Shown here in pieces: positions 30,374 to 39,459 of a stretch of 48,314 nucleotides of DNA. Under the pieces are notes generated by a model that made no database searches, was not told the DNA's origin, and worked only from the letters and a program-made list of their open reading frames with translations. Every line of letters begins with the position of its first letter. The first letter of the stretch is position 1. Source of the DNA: a virus. Where the stretch lies: positions 1 to 48,314 of the IMG/VR virus record IMGVR_UViG_3300033186_000014, one strand, 5' to 3'. The translations under genes and the position numbers were made by a program.

Positions 30374-32476
30374 TTAGGTTACAGTTGCCGGATTGTTTGA
30401 GGCGGCAACAGAAGCGCTTTCTCTGCCTGATCCATTGGCCGCAGTGATCCAGTAATAGTAATCGTCAGCAGCAAGAATCCCGTCCGAATAACTCGTTCCA
30501 TTGTTGTAGACAGGGTTCACAAAAGTCGCTGTCGCGAAATCATCAACCGTGTTCCTGTAAATTCTGATACTCACCAAGTTGGCAGAATTTGGATTGGTCC
30601 ATTGCAAGGTCACATAGGACGCTGCCCCGGTTGCCGTGAAGCTCGTAGGCGCATCAGGCGCTGTAGGATCAGCAACAGCGGTCAACGTGATGTAATCTGT
30701 CCAGTCCCCATATGAGCCGTTTGCGGCCCTTGCCCTCATCCTGAACTCATATTCAACGTTATCGACCAGATAGCCTGTTTCTATCTCAGCATCCCCATTT
30801 GTGGCTGTAAGATTAGAAGTAGCCCCGCCGCTGGTCTGCCCATATTCTAACTCATATGTCAGAGCGTCTGATTCATTGGCGAACGTCGCGACCGCATAAG
30901 CCCCAACCGTACCGTTTCCAATGTCACCAGATTGAATCGTAACAGCAAAGTTAGACACATCTGGAACGCCATCAGACCCAATTTTGACAGGCGTGGAGCC
31001 GGGCGTCCCTTCCTCTGTGGCGGGGTCGAAATCATAAATCGTTCTTGGTACAACGAGCCCGGAAAATTCCCACTTGAGTTCTGGCGAAAGGTGCAGCTTT
31101 GGCTTTTCGATGATCTCAACATAGGCATCAATAAGTTGAGGTGGCTTTGTGACTTTCACCCAGCGCTTTTCGGGCAGATTTCTTGCGGACCAGTAATCGC
31201 AGACTATCGAAACTTCAGGAGCGCGAGACCGGATGTATTTGATTTTTTGAAGGCGCTGAATGTGGTTGTGTGAAGAAACAACTTCACTATCAACCGTCTT
31301 GGCGCGTTCATTGTCATCAGTGACATACACGTCACCATAAATGGCAGCATCGACCTTGTTGAAGTCCTGGTCCGGATCGACATAACGACCTCGAACAGCA
31401 ATGATGTGCTCAGCAGGGTTCCTGTTCGCATTGTAGGCGAACGATGAAATGTCCGCCCGAGTTATGTGGATTATCGGTTCGACCCATTTGCCGGGATGGA
31501 CTGCAAGCTTTCCTTCTCTGGTTTCATAGGTAACAGCATCGGCGGCGCGATCTAGCTCCTTTGCGACCTCAACTTGATCAGTCTCAAAAGATCCATGAAT
31601 ACCGCCGTGGTAGCGTTTCTCTGTCCCGCCATCACGGTTAAGCACGTTTTCATCGCAGATGTCTGCAAATGCCTTCCAGCTATCAAGATCAATGTCTTCA
31701 AGAGATTTCTTGCCCCCAAAAACAGACAATTCATGGTCGAGCCGGATTAAAGCGAGGTTGGTCGAATAGGCAGTCGTGTTTGTTCGAGGATCAAGAAGCT
31801 TCTTGCCTTCGACCACACATGAATGCGCTGGCATGCTATTAGGGAAAACAGTCGTGTGATCATTAGCGCCAACGCTATCAACCCGCATCAAAACGGATGC
31901 GAGTCCGTCACCGCGATGATCAGCGTCCCAAACATCAGAGAAATCTGACACAAGGTCAGCATAGGCTGTTTCGGCGCTCAGTCCGGTTCTTGTGTCGATA
32001 TGGACCTTCGCCACGCCTCCCTGATTGTAATATCGATCAGAATCTTCGTCTTCGCTGTTGATCGATACGAAGTCGCCATTCTCATCAAATGTGGCAACAG
32101 AATCGCCCAGATAATGAGAAACGTACCCGTTGATTTCATGCGCGGCGTGCACAATTACATGATACGCAGTGCCGCCACGCTCCTCCAAGAAAACATAATC
32201 ACCGCTGATCTTTCTTAAGCCATAAACAAAACGCAGTGGCGGAATGTTCTGCTTGAGGTTATATTTGCCATCTTCCGGTGTCGGAACGGCTGGTCTATCC
32301 CGCCCACCTAATAAGGCGTTGGCTCCATAGGATGCAGCTAAAGTCAACCCCAGTCCCACAGCCGCCTGAAACACTGCGCCAGCTACACCAATGCCATAGG
32401 CAGCATTCACCACAGCGATAGGCGCACCAATGTTGAATAGGGCCGTTGCCAATGCAACAAATGCAGCTTGAGGCAT
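30374..32476 (-). CDS. Host-specificity / central tail fibre protein (lambda J or GTA g15-like) with a C-terminal FN3 domain
   Basis: 700 aa. Position after the K-like gene. C-terminal PDAPTSFTATGAASYVTLQWTNPNSANLVSIRIYR is FN3-like. Confidence 0.7.
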   Translation of the reverse strand: MPQAAFVALATALFNIGAPIAVVNAAYGIGVAGAVFQAAVGLGLTLAASYGANALLGGRDRPAVPTPEDGKYNLKQNIPPLRFVYGLRKISGDYVFLEERGGTAYHVIVHAAHEINGYVSHYLGDSVATFDENGDFVSINSEDEDSDRYYNQGGVAKVHIDTRTGLSAETAYADLVSDFSDVWDADHRGDGLASVLMRVDSVGANDHTTVFPNSMPAHSCVVEGKKLLDPRTNTTAYSTNLALIRLDHELSVFGGKKSLEDIDLDSWKAFADICDENVLNRDGGTEKRYHGGIHGSFETDQVEVAKELDRAADAVTYETREGKLAVHPGKWVEPIIHITRADISSFAYNANRNPAEHIIAVRGRYVDPDQDFNKVDAAIYGDVYVTDDNERAKTVDSEVVSSHNHIQRLQKIKYIRSRAPEVSIVCDYWSARNLPEKRWVKVTKPPQLIDAYVEIIEKPKLHLSPELKWEFSGLVVPRTIYDFDPATEEGTPGSTPVKIGSDGVPDVSNFAVTIQSGDIGNGTVGAYAVATFANESDALTYELEYGQTSGGATSNLTATNGDAEIETGYLVDNVEYEFRMRARAANGSYGDWTDYITLTAVADPTAPDAPTSFTATGAASYVTLQWTNPNSANLVSIRIYRNTVDDFATATFVNPVYNNGTSYSDGILAADDYYYWITAANGSGRESASVAASNNPATVT

Positions 32477-32869
32477 TTAGATCTTCCACATTCTCAGAGG
32501 TTTTGCTTGAATGGTGTTAAATCCATCCTTCAAGCGAACATTCCAGCGAACGCCATCCCAGATGGCACCCCACTGCCGGTAAATGTTTGATCGGCTTCCA
32601 ATAACAGCAATACAGCCGTAGCAGCGTCGTTCAATGACTTGCAGACCAGCAAGTCTGGCACCGAAAGAAACTGTCTCCTCGATCCCCCCAAATCCCTTGA
32701 CGACATCATACATTTCTTCTTCTGTCTCATAGGTGCCGCGATAATTCGCGATTACATCGTCATGTCCGTTCGCAATAGCCCAATCAGCCAAAACAAGGCA
32801 GCAGTCAGACACCCCAATCACACCACTCAAGGAATGATTGGCTTTCGCCCATTCGTGAAAATCGATCAT
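32477..32869 (-). CDS. Tail-associated NlpC/P60-like peptidase (lambda K position)
   Basis: 130 aa. Candidate catalytic Cys in GVSDCCLVLADW. Position between the L-like and J-like genes. Confidence 0.4.
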   Translation of the reverse strand: MIDFHEWAKANHSLSGVIGVSDCCLVLADWAIANGHDDVIANYRGTYETEEEMYDVVKGFGGIEETVSFGARLAGLQVIERRCYGCIAVIGSRSNIYRQWGAIWDGVRWNVRLKDGFNTIQAKPLRMWKI

Positions 32870-32870
32870 G

Positions 32871-33455
32871 TTAGAACCGTGGCCAGTTGATTTGTTTATC
32901 GGCCATCAAGGGAACCCGCTCACAAAACTTGTCCGGATTGGCACCAGGATTTAATTTCTCAGATCTGCTTTTCTGATCAGCATCAGAGAGAACGGACCCA
33001 CTTTGGAGCCGCCTCAAAAAGTTCAGGTTCGCAATCACCAGACCAACCTGATATTCCACTGCTGGCTCGCCATCCAGTTCCCCTGCAATTTCATTGAATT
33101 GCACGTCGATTACTTTGCCAGTGAAATGCACTCTCGGCTGTCCATCCGGTTCGCCATACTCATCACAATCCTGAATGAGAACTTGGAACTTAGACCCGAT
33201 GACATCACCATCCTGCGTTTCTTGATAGGCCAAATCTTGAACTTCAGGAGCAAGGCTGCTCATCCAAACCGGAAACGTATGCAGATCGCCAGCAAAGGCA
33301 AATTGAAGTACCTTGATTGCGTCTGATCCAAGCTCACCGCCACCAGACCAAATGTCACCATTGGCGTCCATGTAAGGGCCTGACCCAGACCAGAAGCGGA
33401 CGGTTTGGCTCGGGAAGTCAATTCGAACCAGAATCTTGATGTGTCTTTTGGTCAT
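32871..33455 (-). CDS. Minor tail protein (lambda L / GTA g13 position)
   Basis: Synteny only. 194 aa. Confidence 0.5.
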   Translation of the reverse strand: MTKRHIKILVRIDFPSQTVRFWSGSGPYMDANGDIWSGGGELGSDAIKVLQFAFAGDLHTFPVWMSSLAPEVQDLAYQETQDGDVIGSKFQVLIQDCDEYGEPDGQPRVHFTGKVIDVQFNEIAGELDGEPAVEYQVGLVIANLNFLRRLQSGSVLSDADQKSRSEKLNPGANPDKFCERVPLMADKQINWPRF

Positions 33456-34159
33456 GAGTTCGCCAGATCTGTCCAGTAGTCAACGGCCTCTTTTAGGCTG
33501 ATGGAGGGGAAACAAAGCTTCCCTGGCTTTTCTTCGGCGGTCATTTCAGTGTCCGTCGCCAAATGCATCAGACACATCGGATCATCCGTTTCCAAATCTG
33601 CCCCGGCAGGGATCGTTTGCCGGATTGCGGGGAATACCCGCATTTGCCAGATGTTCCCGCTTTTCGAGATGATGGACCCCGTTTTGTAGAGTGCATACTG
33701 ATATGAGAATTTAATCCCTGTCAGATCATCGCCTGCATGCTGAGCCTCGATCGATACAATCGTTGATCCAAGATTGGCTTGAGCTGATGTTCTCAGAATG
33801 ATCGAGCGGTTCCGATATCCCGTCCCATCTGAGAAGGAAGCCCCATCAGAATGGTTAGTAATGGTTGGCTCGCTCTCAATATCGTCCACATACGGCGCAG
33901 AGAAGCGTGAGACAGCAGGAACAGCAATCAACCCGCTCCTACCGCCTAGCTCCGTCGCAATCGCCTGCCAGACCCTCCAGTGAGCCGCTGAGACAATTGG
34001 AATATTCTTCAGATCAGCCTTCCAGAACCCGACGTCGGTTTTCGTGGTTCGCTCACTGCCCTCAAGGGATAGCCCCCCGGTCCGGCTCATAGCTGCTTCG
34101 GTGAACTGTGCCTCTCCGATCCGCAAAGTCTTAGACGGCCATACAAGAAAATCAGCCAA
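33452..34159 (-). CDS. Distal/minor tail protein (lambda M position); start uncertain (TTG 34159 or ATG 34090)
   Basis: The track ORF extends to 34336 inside the tape-measure gene. TTG 34159 overlaps the tape-measure stop. Confidence 0.5.
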   Translation of the reverse strand: MADFLVWPSKTLRIGEAQFTEAAMSRTGGLSLEGSERTTKTDVGFWKADLKNIPIVSAAHWRVWQAIATELGGRSGLIAVPAVSRFSAPYVDDIESEPTITNHSDGASFSDGTGYRNRSIILRTSAQANLGSTIVSIEAQHAGDDLTGIKFSYQYALYKTGSIISKSGNIWQMRVFPAIRQTIPAGADLETDDPMCLMHLATDTEMTAEEKPGKLCFPSISLKEAVDYWTDLANS

Positions 34160-36158
34160 GACGATGATCCCCCCCGCCCTTATATTGATCCGCAGCAACA
34201 GCCTTTGCCGCAGTCTGATTTGACTGGCTAACAGCCGCGCTGACGATGGTTGGCGTTGCTGCTGTGATGTTTGATTGACTTTCTTCTTGAGTAATCTTGC
34301 GAACACTCGGTTCAAGTGTCTCGCTATCAAACCCAACCGTGATATGGCTCTTGACTGTTGTCACTTGATTGTTCTGTTGACCAGCCGGAGCAACATATCC
34401 ACCAGAAGCATAGCCTTTCGCTCGCTGGTGCATTGCCTCCAGATTACCTACCCCGATTTTATCAGTTGCCTTTTTGGAAAACACATACTCTCCGCCATGA
34501 ACAACACCTGCAACTGAGTGGGCGGGAACATTGCCAGTATAGCCCCCATTTGCAAAGCCAAAGAGACTTCCGAACAAGCCACCGCCTGCTCCACCACCAA
34601 ACAATGAGGCAAGCGGGCCCATGATTGTGCTTCTGATCGCAATCCGTGCGATGTCGGCAATGATGGAGTTCGCAAGGCTCTTGAAGTCGGCCTTTCCTGT
34701 CGTGACCATGCTCACAAGAGCGTCCTCCATACCGGAAAACGCACTCACAACAGTGTTGTCTATCTGCTTGAATGAATCCATCGCACTGCGGGCATAATCG
34801 GTTAGACCATTCTGGCTGTTTTTAAGTGTGATGAGGTTGTCGTTAGCTGCCTTATAAGACCCTGTCAGTTGATCAATGATCGTCTTCTCTTCTGCAGAAA
34901 CACTACTGCCCGACTTCATGGCGGCTGCAAGCAGAGTGCGTTCAAACTTCACGGCAGCAACAGCAGCTTTGTAACGATCCGCAGACTCGCTAGACATATT
35001 CAACGTGACAGCTTCAGTGTTAAGCCCTTGAATTTGGTCCTTAGCCCGCTGGATCGCAGACTTGAAGGGATCGCTTGCACCGGATTTGTTCAGCTTCTTG
35101 AATGCCTCATCCAATGCTCCTGCGTTCTTCACGCCACCTTTAAAAGTCGTTGAAAGCGCATTGTCGATGCTGCTGATACCGACCTCTGTGAGTTTGATCT
35201 GATATCGGATCTCTTCCATCTGGTCAGTGAGAACACCGTTCGCAGCAATTACTTCCTGTGTTCGCTTCAAGATACCTGGTTGTTCCGGTCCTTGTCCGAC
35301 CATATCCGGGTCTACAACAAACTGACCTATCTTTGGATCAGCCACACCGCGCGCGACTTGGTTCCCTCGAGGTAGGACACTGGCGTCAACTTTCTGTCGA
35401 AGCTGCTTGGAAAGCCCCTCCAACTCCAGCTGTTGAGACTTCAGTGATGCCTGCTGTCTGCGCTTCTCAAGCTCTAACAGTGACTTCTTGGCATTGAACT
35501 CTTTCTCGGTGTTAGCAAGAATGACAGCGGTTGCGGACGACTGAGTATTTGCCGTTTTTGCAATTGCCTCCGCATAAGTCCGTTGCAAGGACGCAAGGTC
35601 CGAGATCTGACCTTTCACGGTTCCAAGAGAGCCTGCATCATCTGCGAGCTTTCTCATCTGTTTTGAAAGGCTATCAACCGACTTGGAAGCGGTGAACATG
35701 TCAGCGATCACAGGTCCGAGGAGACTGCCACCAACAGCAATCGCACCACCAGCTAAAACAAGGGCCAGACTGTTGAATGCAGACAGAATATCCGGGATCT
35801 GAATCAACATCGCATTCATGTAATTGCCGGTGACTGCGCCCATCTGCCCAACCTGGTTGAACTGATACGCGAGGTTTTTCATCATGAATGTTGTCTGCTT
35901 GCTGCGACCTCCAACTTTCTGCAAAGCCATCGCATTGTCGTTCGCAACCTTGGTTATGCCTGCAAGCCCCTTCTGAGAGGCTGTGGTTGCGGCTGCAAGC
36001 TCCGAAGCACTCTGGGCTTGTGCTCTTGTCGCTTTCGCCGCATTAAGTGCAGCCTTTTCAAGACCTGCACTTGTTGTTGTTGCCTTCTTTGAAGAAGCTG
36101 ACAGCTTATCAATTCCAGCAACGCCTGCGACCTCAATGCCGAGCTTTGCAACGTTCAT
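34152..36158 (-). CDS. Tape measure protein
   Basis: ~668 aa, Ala/Gly/Gln-rich helical sequence with a hydrophobic core segment and a Gly-rich C-terminal region. ATG 36158 follows GAGG. Confidence 0.85.
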   Translation of the reverse strand: MNVAKLGIEVAGVAGIDKLSASSKKATTTSAGLEKAALNAAKATRAQAQSASELAAATTASQKGLAGITKVANDNAMALQKVGGRSKQTTFMMKNLAYQFNQVGQMGAVTGNYMNAMLIQIPDILSAFNSLALVLAGGAIAVGGSLLGPVIADMFTASKSVDSLSKQMRKLADDAGSLGTVKGQISDLASLQRTYAEAIAKTANTQSSATAVILANTEKEFNAKKSLLELEKRRQQASLKSQQLELEGLSKQLRQKVDASVLPRGNQVARGVADPKIGQFVVDPDMVGQGPEQPGILKRTQEVIAANGVLTDQMEEIRYQIKLTEVGISSIDNALSTTFKGGVKNAGALDEAFKKLNKSGASDPFKSAIQRAKDQIQGLNTEAVTLNMSSESADRYKAAVAAVKFERTLLAAAMKSGSSVSAEEKTIIDQLTGSYKAANDNLITLKNSQNGLTDYARSAMDSFKQIDNTVVSAFSGMEDALVSMVTTGKADFKSLANSIIADIARIAIRSTIMGPLASLFGGGAGGGLFGSLFGFANGGYTGNVPAHSVAGVVHGGEYVFSKKATDKIGVGNLEAMHQRAKGYASGGYVAPAGQQNNQVTTVKSHITVGFDSETLEPSVRKITQEESQSNITAATPTIVSAAVSQSNQTAAKAVAADQYKGGGDHRLG

Positions 36159-36172
36159 CACTTACCTCATAG

Positions 36173-36201
36173 AAAAAGGCCCCTCACCGAAATGAAGAGC
36201 C
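36173..36201 (-). terminator. Intrinsic terminator between the antirepressor and tape measure genes
   Basis: Minus strand reads GGCUCUUCA-uuucgg-UGAGGGGCC (7/9 pairs) followed by UUUUUCUAU, directly before the tape-measure SD. Confidence 0.5.
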
Positions 36202-36229
36202 TTTGTACTGGTTTAAATTGTTGTTGGCT

Positions 36230-36913
36230 TTAAGCCTGTGCCATCATTTCAGGCAACCGCCTGCGGAGCCATTCAAGCCCCCTTGGAGTAACGAAAGTCT
36301 GAGGGCGCATCTTGCCCGGTTCGTTTCGATCCTCAACGGGGAGCACCACGAAATAGCCCTGGTTGCGATAATATTGCGTCGGGGTTGCTGGCGTGCCGTA
36401 AAGCACCTTGCGACCGCGCAGTGCCTTGATTGCTTTGTTCGGACCAAAGCCCACAGTTTTCATTGCCCGGTTCAAGTTGTAGTTTTCTGACCGCGCCCCT
36501 ATGAAATGCTCATAGCTTTCAACCTTCGGCGCGACCGCCTCCAATTGTGCCACTGCTTTCTGCTCGCCCTTCTTTGCTGTGATCCACGCCTCTGCGGCTG
36601 CAATTGGATCTTCGAAGTTTGGCAGAGCAACGGCTGCTTTGCTTTCCAATTCTTGCCAACGGTCGATAATTCGGGCAGTGAACAATGGGTCAAGGTTGGC
36701 AACCAGATTGAGGCTTTCGGTTTTGTTGAGGCGGTAAATCAGCCGTGTATTATTGTTATTGTAACGCTCCTCAATCTCAGGAGCGCAAATAATGCCCTTT
36801 TCTTTCAATCGCCTAGCAACTACCATCACATTGTCATGCCGCTTGTTGCAAAGTTCGGCAATCTCGACCGTGGTCATGGTCATTTCATTTGAAATGTTTG
36901 TCAGATCGTTCAT
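36230..36913 (-). CDS. Antirepressor: Rha N-terminal domain plus KilAC C-terminal domain
   Basis: TTVEIAELCNKRHDNVMVVARRL (pRha-like). NFEDPIAAAEAW...APKVESYEHFIG...NQGYFVV (KilAC-like). Confidence 0.75.
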   Translation of the reverse strand: MNDLTNISNEMTMTTVEIAELCNKRHDNVMVVARRLKEKGIICAPEIEERYNNNNTRLIYRLNKTESLNLVANLDPLFTARIIDRWQELESKAAVALPNFEDPIAAAEAWITAKKGEQKAVAQLEAVAPKVESYEHFIGARSENYNLNRAMKTVGFGPNKAIKALRGRKVLYGTPATPTQYYRNQGYFVVLPVEDRNEPGKMRPQTFVTPRGLEWLRRRLPEMMAQA

Positions 36914-37185
36914 GCCACCGCCCCGCTTCTTTCGGCTGCGCGACGCTGATCAAGGAACTCAATAAGCTTTTCACGGTTTTTGGTGACGAGATTGGCCAGT
37001 AGAACGCGGCAGTTCGCATATCTGCGCAGCATTTCTTCATCGTGATATTCGGGAGCCTCCAACTTCTCGTCAAGAAGTATGATTGTTTCCCATACACCGT
37101 CTATTTCTTCGACAATGTCAGAAACATCATTGCATATTTTCAATGCGGCATTGCGGTTAGGATTAATCTGCGCTATATTCGTCAT
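36910..37185 (-). CDS. Hypothetical protein between the Arc-like and antirepressor genes
   Basis: ATGA overlaps on both sides. Confidence 0.55.
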   Translation of the reverse strand: MTNIAQINPNRNAALKICNDVSDIVEEIDGVWETIILLDEKLEAPEYHDEEMLRRYANCRVLLANLVTKNREKLIEFLDQRRAAERSGAVA

Positions 37186-37421
37186 AGAATTTTCCTTTTC
37201 CTAGCTGGTTGGGAAATTTGTGTGAAAGCTCCGGTGTTGCTGCACTGGGGCTTTCTTCGTTTCGGGATCAGTGCGGCCTCCTGTTCAGAAAGTTTCTTCT
37301 GACTTCTTAGCGCCCTCACTATCTCTTGGTTCATAGACGAAAAATTCTTGTCTTTCTGCTCTTGAAGCCATTGCTTGATATCAACTGGCATTCGAAGAGT
37401 AATGCGTGCTTCCTTTTGCAT
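37182..37421 (-). CDS. Arc-like ribbon-helix-helix repressor (the track ORF extends to 37508)
   Basis: MQKEARITLRMPVDIKQWLQEQKDKNFSSMNQEIVRALR fits the Arc/Mnt RHH pattern. First gene of the arc-orf-ant unit. Confidence 0.55.
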   Translation of the reverse strand: MQKEARITLRMPVDIKQWLQEQKDKNFSSMNQEIVRALRSQKKLSEQEAALIPKRRKPQCSNTGAFTQISQPARKRKIL

Positions 37422-37437
37422 TCGTGCTAACCTTTCT

Positions 37438-37519
37438 ATGACACACCGTGCGTCATATCCTATGTGTGGCATAGGTGTGGCATTGTTGTCAATAAAAAAG
37501 TGTGTCATTGGTGCGTCAT
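37438..37519. promoter_or_regulatory. Divergent control region with RHH-type operator repeats
   Basis: GTGTGGCAT x2 at 11-bp spacing (37464, 37475). Inverted ATGACACAC/GTGTGTCAT (37438, 37500). GTGCGTCAT x2 (37448, 37511). Confidence 0.5.
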
Positions 37520-37826
37520 GGCTAGAGAAGATTTACATTTTAGGCTTCGGATACCCGAAGAATTGAAAAAGCGCGTTGAAACTGCGGCAGCAGAGAACCA
37601 TCGTTCAATGACAGCCGAGATAATCGCCCGCCTTGAGGAAAGCTTCCAAAGCGAACAGGGCGTTGTTGTTGACGCAGAAGAGATTGCCAGGCTTGTTCAA
37701 AAGGTGATGGACGAAACCTTTGCGGGCAAAGTCGGCCCCGTTTTAACAATCCGCGATGCAAGAGACCGTCCCGACCCGATAACACGCGAGCCAGCAGCAA
37801 AGACCCATAAGTTCTCCAAAGACTAA
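37518..37826 (+). CDS. Mnt/Arc-like ribbon-helix-helix repressor, divergent
   Basis: MAREDLHFRLRIPEELKKRVETAAAENHRSMTAEIIARLEESF is a clear Arc-domain signature. Confidence 0.7.
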   Translation: MAREDLHFRLRIPEELKKRVETAAAENHRSMTAEIIARLEESFQSEQGVVVDAEEIARLVQKVMDETFAGKVGPVLTIRDARDRPDPITREPAAKTHKFSKD

Positions 37827-37898
37827 GCTGCACTTTCTTCTCTATCGACTTTTGATAGAAAATATGGTTATGCTTTTGTTGTAAAGCGGGAGGCCCAG

Positions 37899-38117
37899 AT
37901 GACTAACAGATACGATAATCGTGAAATTTTCTCTGTTGACGCAGGTTTGATACAACTCGCTCAAACTGATGATGGCCCAATAGCTTGGACAAGCTTGCAC
38001 ATTGATATCACATCGATCGATGGGACGCAGATGGGCCCTGGGATTGCGAAGGAGCCGAAGGAGAATTTGAAGCAGGCATTTTGTAAAACTCCCTTGTTTC
38101 GTGTGCGGGAAGAGTAG
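37899..38117 (+). CDS. Hypothetical protein (72 aa)
   Basis: SD GGGAGG. Confidence 0.55.
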   Translation: MTNRYDNREIFSVDAGLIQLAQTDDGPIAWTSLHIDITSIDGTQMGPGIAKEPKENLKQAFCKTPLFRVREE

Positions 38118-38146
38118 GTTCTTTCATCTCCTAAATCGGAGGTTTC

Positions 38147-38698
38147 ATGTTTAAGGCTCTTGTTTCTGTTGCTGCGATCTGCGTGATTGCTGCAACCGGT
38201 TGGTTCTTCTGGGGCGAATATCAAAACGCTAAGAAAATGAACGCTGAATTAGCTTCCTCCGAGAGTGAGGTAGACAACAGCACGCTATCTCTTATCAGCA
38301 AGCCTTCCTGCACACTTGAGCAGATCAGGGCTAAGACGACGATTACTTTTGGCCGTCTTTACGATGCCGAGAACAAGCAAAACAGCATCTTCTTCTATGT
38401 AAAAAACAACCTTCCCTGGACGCTTTCTGGAGCACAGGTTGAGTACGAAGTTTACTTTGAAGGGAAGCCTGAACCGAGCTTTAAGCAAGCTGAAATTGTC
38501 GCCTTCCCTAATGGCATCGCACCTGATACGCAACGCTGGTTCTACACCCTACCATTCACCTTCCCTTTTCTTGGTGAAGAGCCAAAAGAAGTCTCTATGC
38601 GAGTGGTCGACGTAGCTGACCAGTACAAGCGCTTCGTCCTCCACCATCCAACAGGAGGGGATTGGATGAAGGAACTCAGCACCAATAAGTGCAACTAA
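38147..38698 (+). CDS. N-terminally membrane-anchored protein, candidate superinfection-exclusion or conversion factor
   Basis: SD GGAGG. TM LVSVAAICVIAATGWFFW followed by a ~150-aa beta-rich domain. Confidence 0.65.
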   Translation: MFKALVSVAAICVIAATGWFFWGEYQNAKKMNAELASSESEVDNSTLSLISKPSCTLEQIRAKTTITFGRLYDAENKQNSIFFYVKNNLPWTLSGAQVEYEVYFEGKPEPSFKQAEIVAFPNGIAPDTQRWFYTLPFTFPFLGEEPKEVSMRVVDVADQYKRFVLHHPTGGDWMKELSTNKCN

Positions 38699-39449
38699 CT
38701 CGTTTTTTCTTCTTCCCGCTTTCTTTGGTCGTCACGCTCTTTGTAGAGCGCTTCCAGATAGGCGGAATCCATAGCCTTTAGGGTCGTGATTTCGTCTCTC
38801 CTGACGATCTCACCAGTCAGCCTCATCCAGCATTCTATTTCGGAATATTGAAAGGGTTGAGGTCCATTCATTCCAAGAGGAGCTGAGTCCCGTAAGGTCC
38901 AAAACCAGACCCAAAGATGTGACCAATGCGGCTTGATCTCAACCGGATCCGGCGTCTTGTCATCCATGCCGAAGCGAGCATTCATTTCTCGCCTTGTTTC
39001 ACCATTGCCGTCCGGCGTCTCGTACCTCGCTATTTGGCTGACTGCTTGGCAAAGCTCTTCGACGAGGTTGCGAGAAAATTTGCCAGATCGTTCGCCGCCT
39101 CATTGACAAGAGCGAACATCCAATCCTCTGCTTCGAGAACCTTCATGACATTTTCTGGTGTGCATTCAAGCTGCTCGCCATTGTAATCATGCTCGCCCCA
39201 ATCCCAAGAGTCGACAAAGGATGCCACTTCTTCAAGACTTGCATCCAGAACCGTTTCACTTGTGGTGTCTGACTTGTCTTTCTGGCGTTGGATGCCATCG
39301 TCGATCAGCTTGCGGCGTGTGGCTTTCACCTTGTCACTTGAGGCTGAGAGAATGAAGAAGGTGATGCCGATGTCCTTGCCAATTACGGGAGGGATCATCT
39401 TCAAGGCAAAAGGCTTGTTGTAGCCGTATAGTTTCGCAATATCAGCCAT
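38695..39449 (-). CDS. Tail assembly chaperone GT-like fusion produced by -1 programmed frameshift
   Basis: Slippery heptamer A_AAT_TTT at 39081-39075 in the G frame. The -1 frame is open from 39099 to the stop at 38695 and contains track ORF 38695..38985. Confidence 0.65.
39030..39449 (-). CDS. Tail assembly chaperone (G-like)
   Basis: Position between the tail tube gene and the T-like frame. 139 aa, acidic. Confidence 0.7.
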   Translation of the reverse strand: MADIAKLYGYNKPFALKMIPPVIGKDIGITFFILSASSDKVKATRRKLIDDGIQRQKDKSDTTSETVLDASLEEVASFVDSWDWGEHDYNGEQLECTPENVMKVLEAEDWMFALVNEAANDLANFLATSSKSFAKQSAK

Positions 39450-39459
39450 GGTTCACCCC

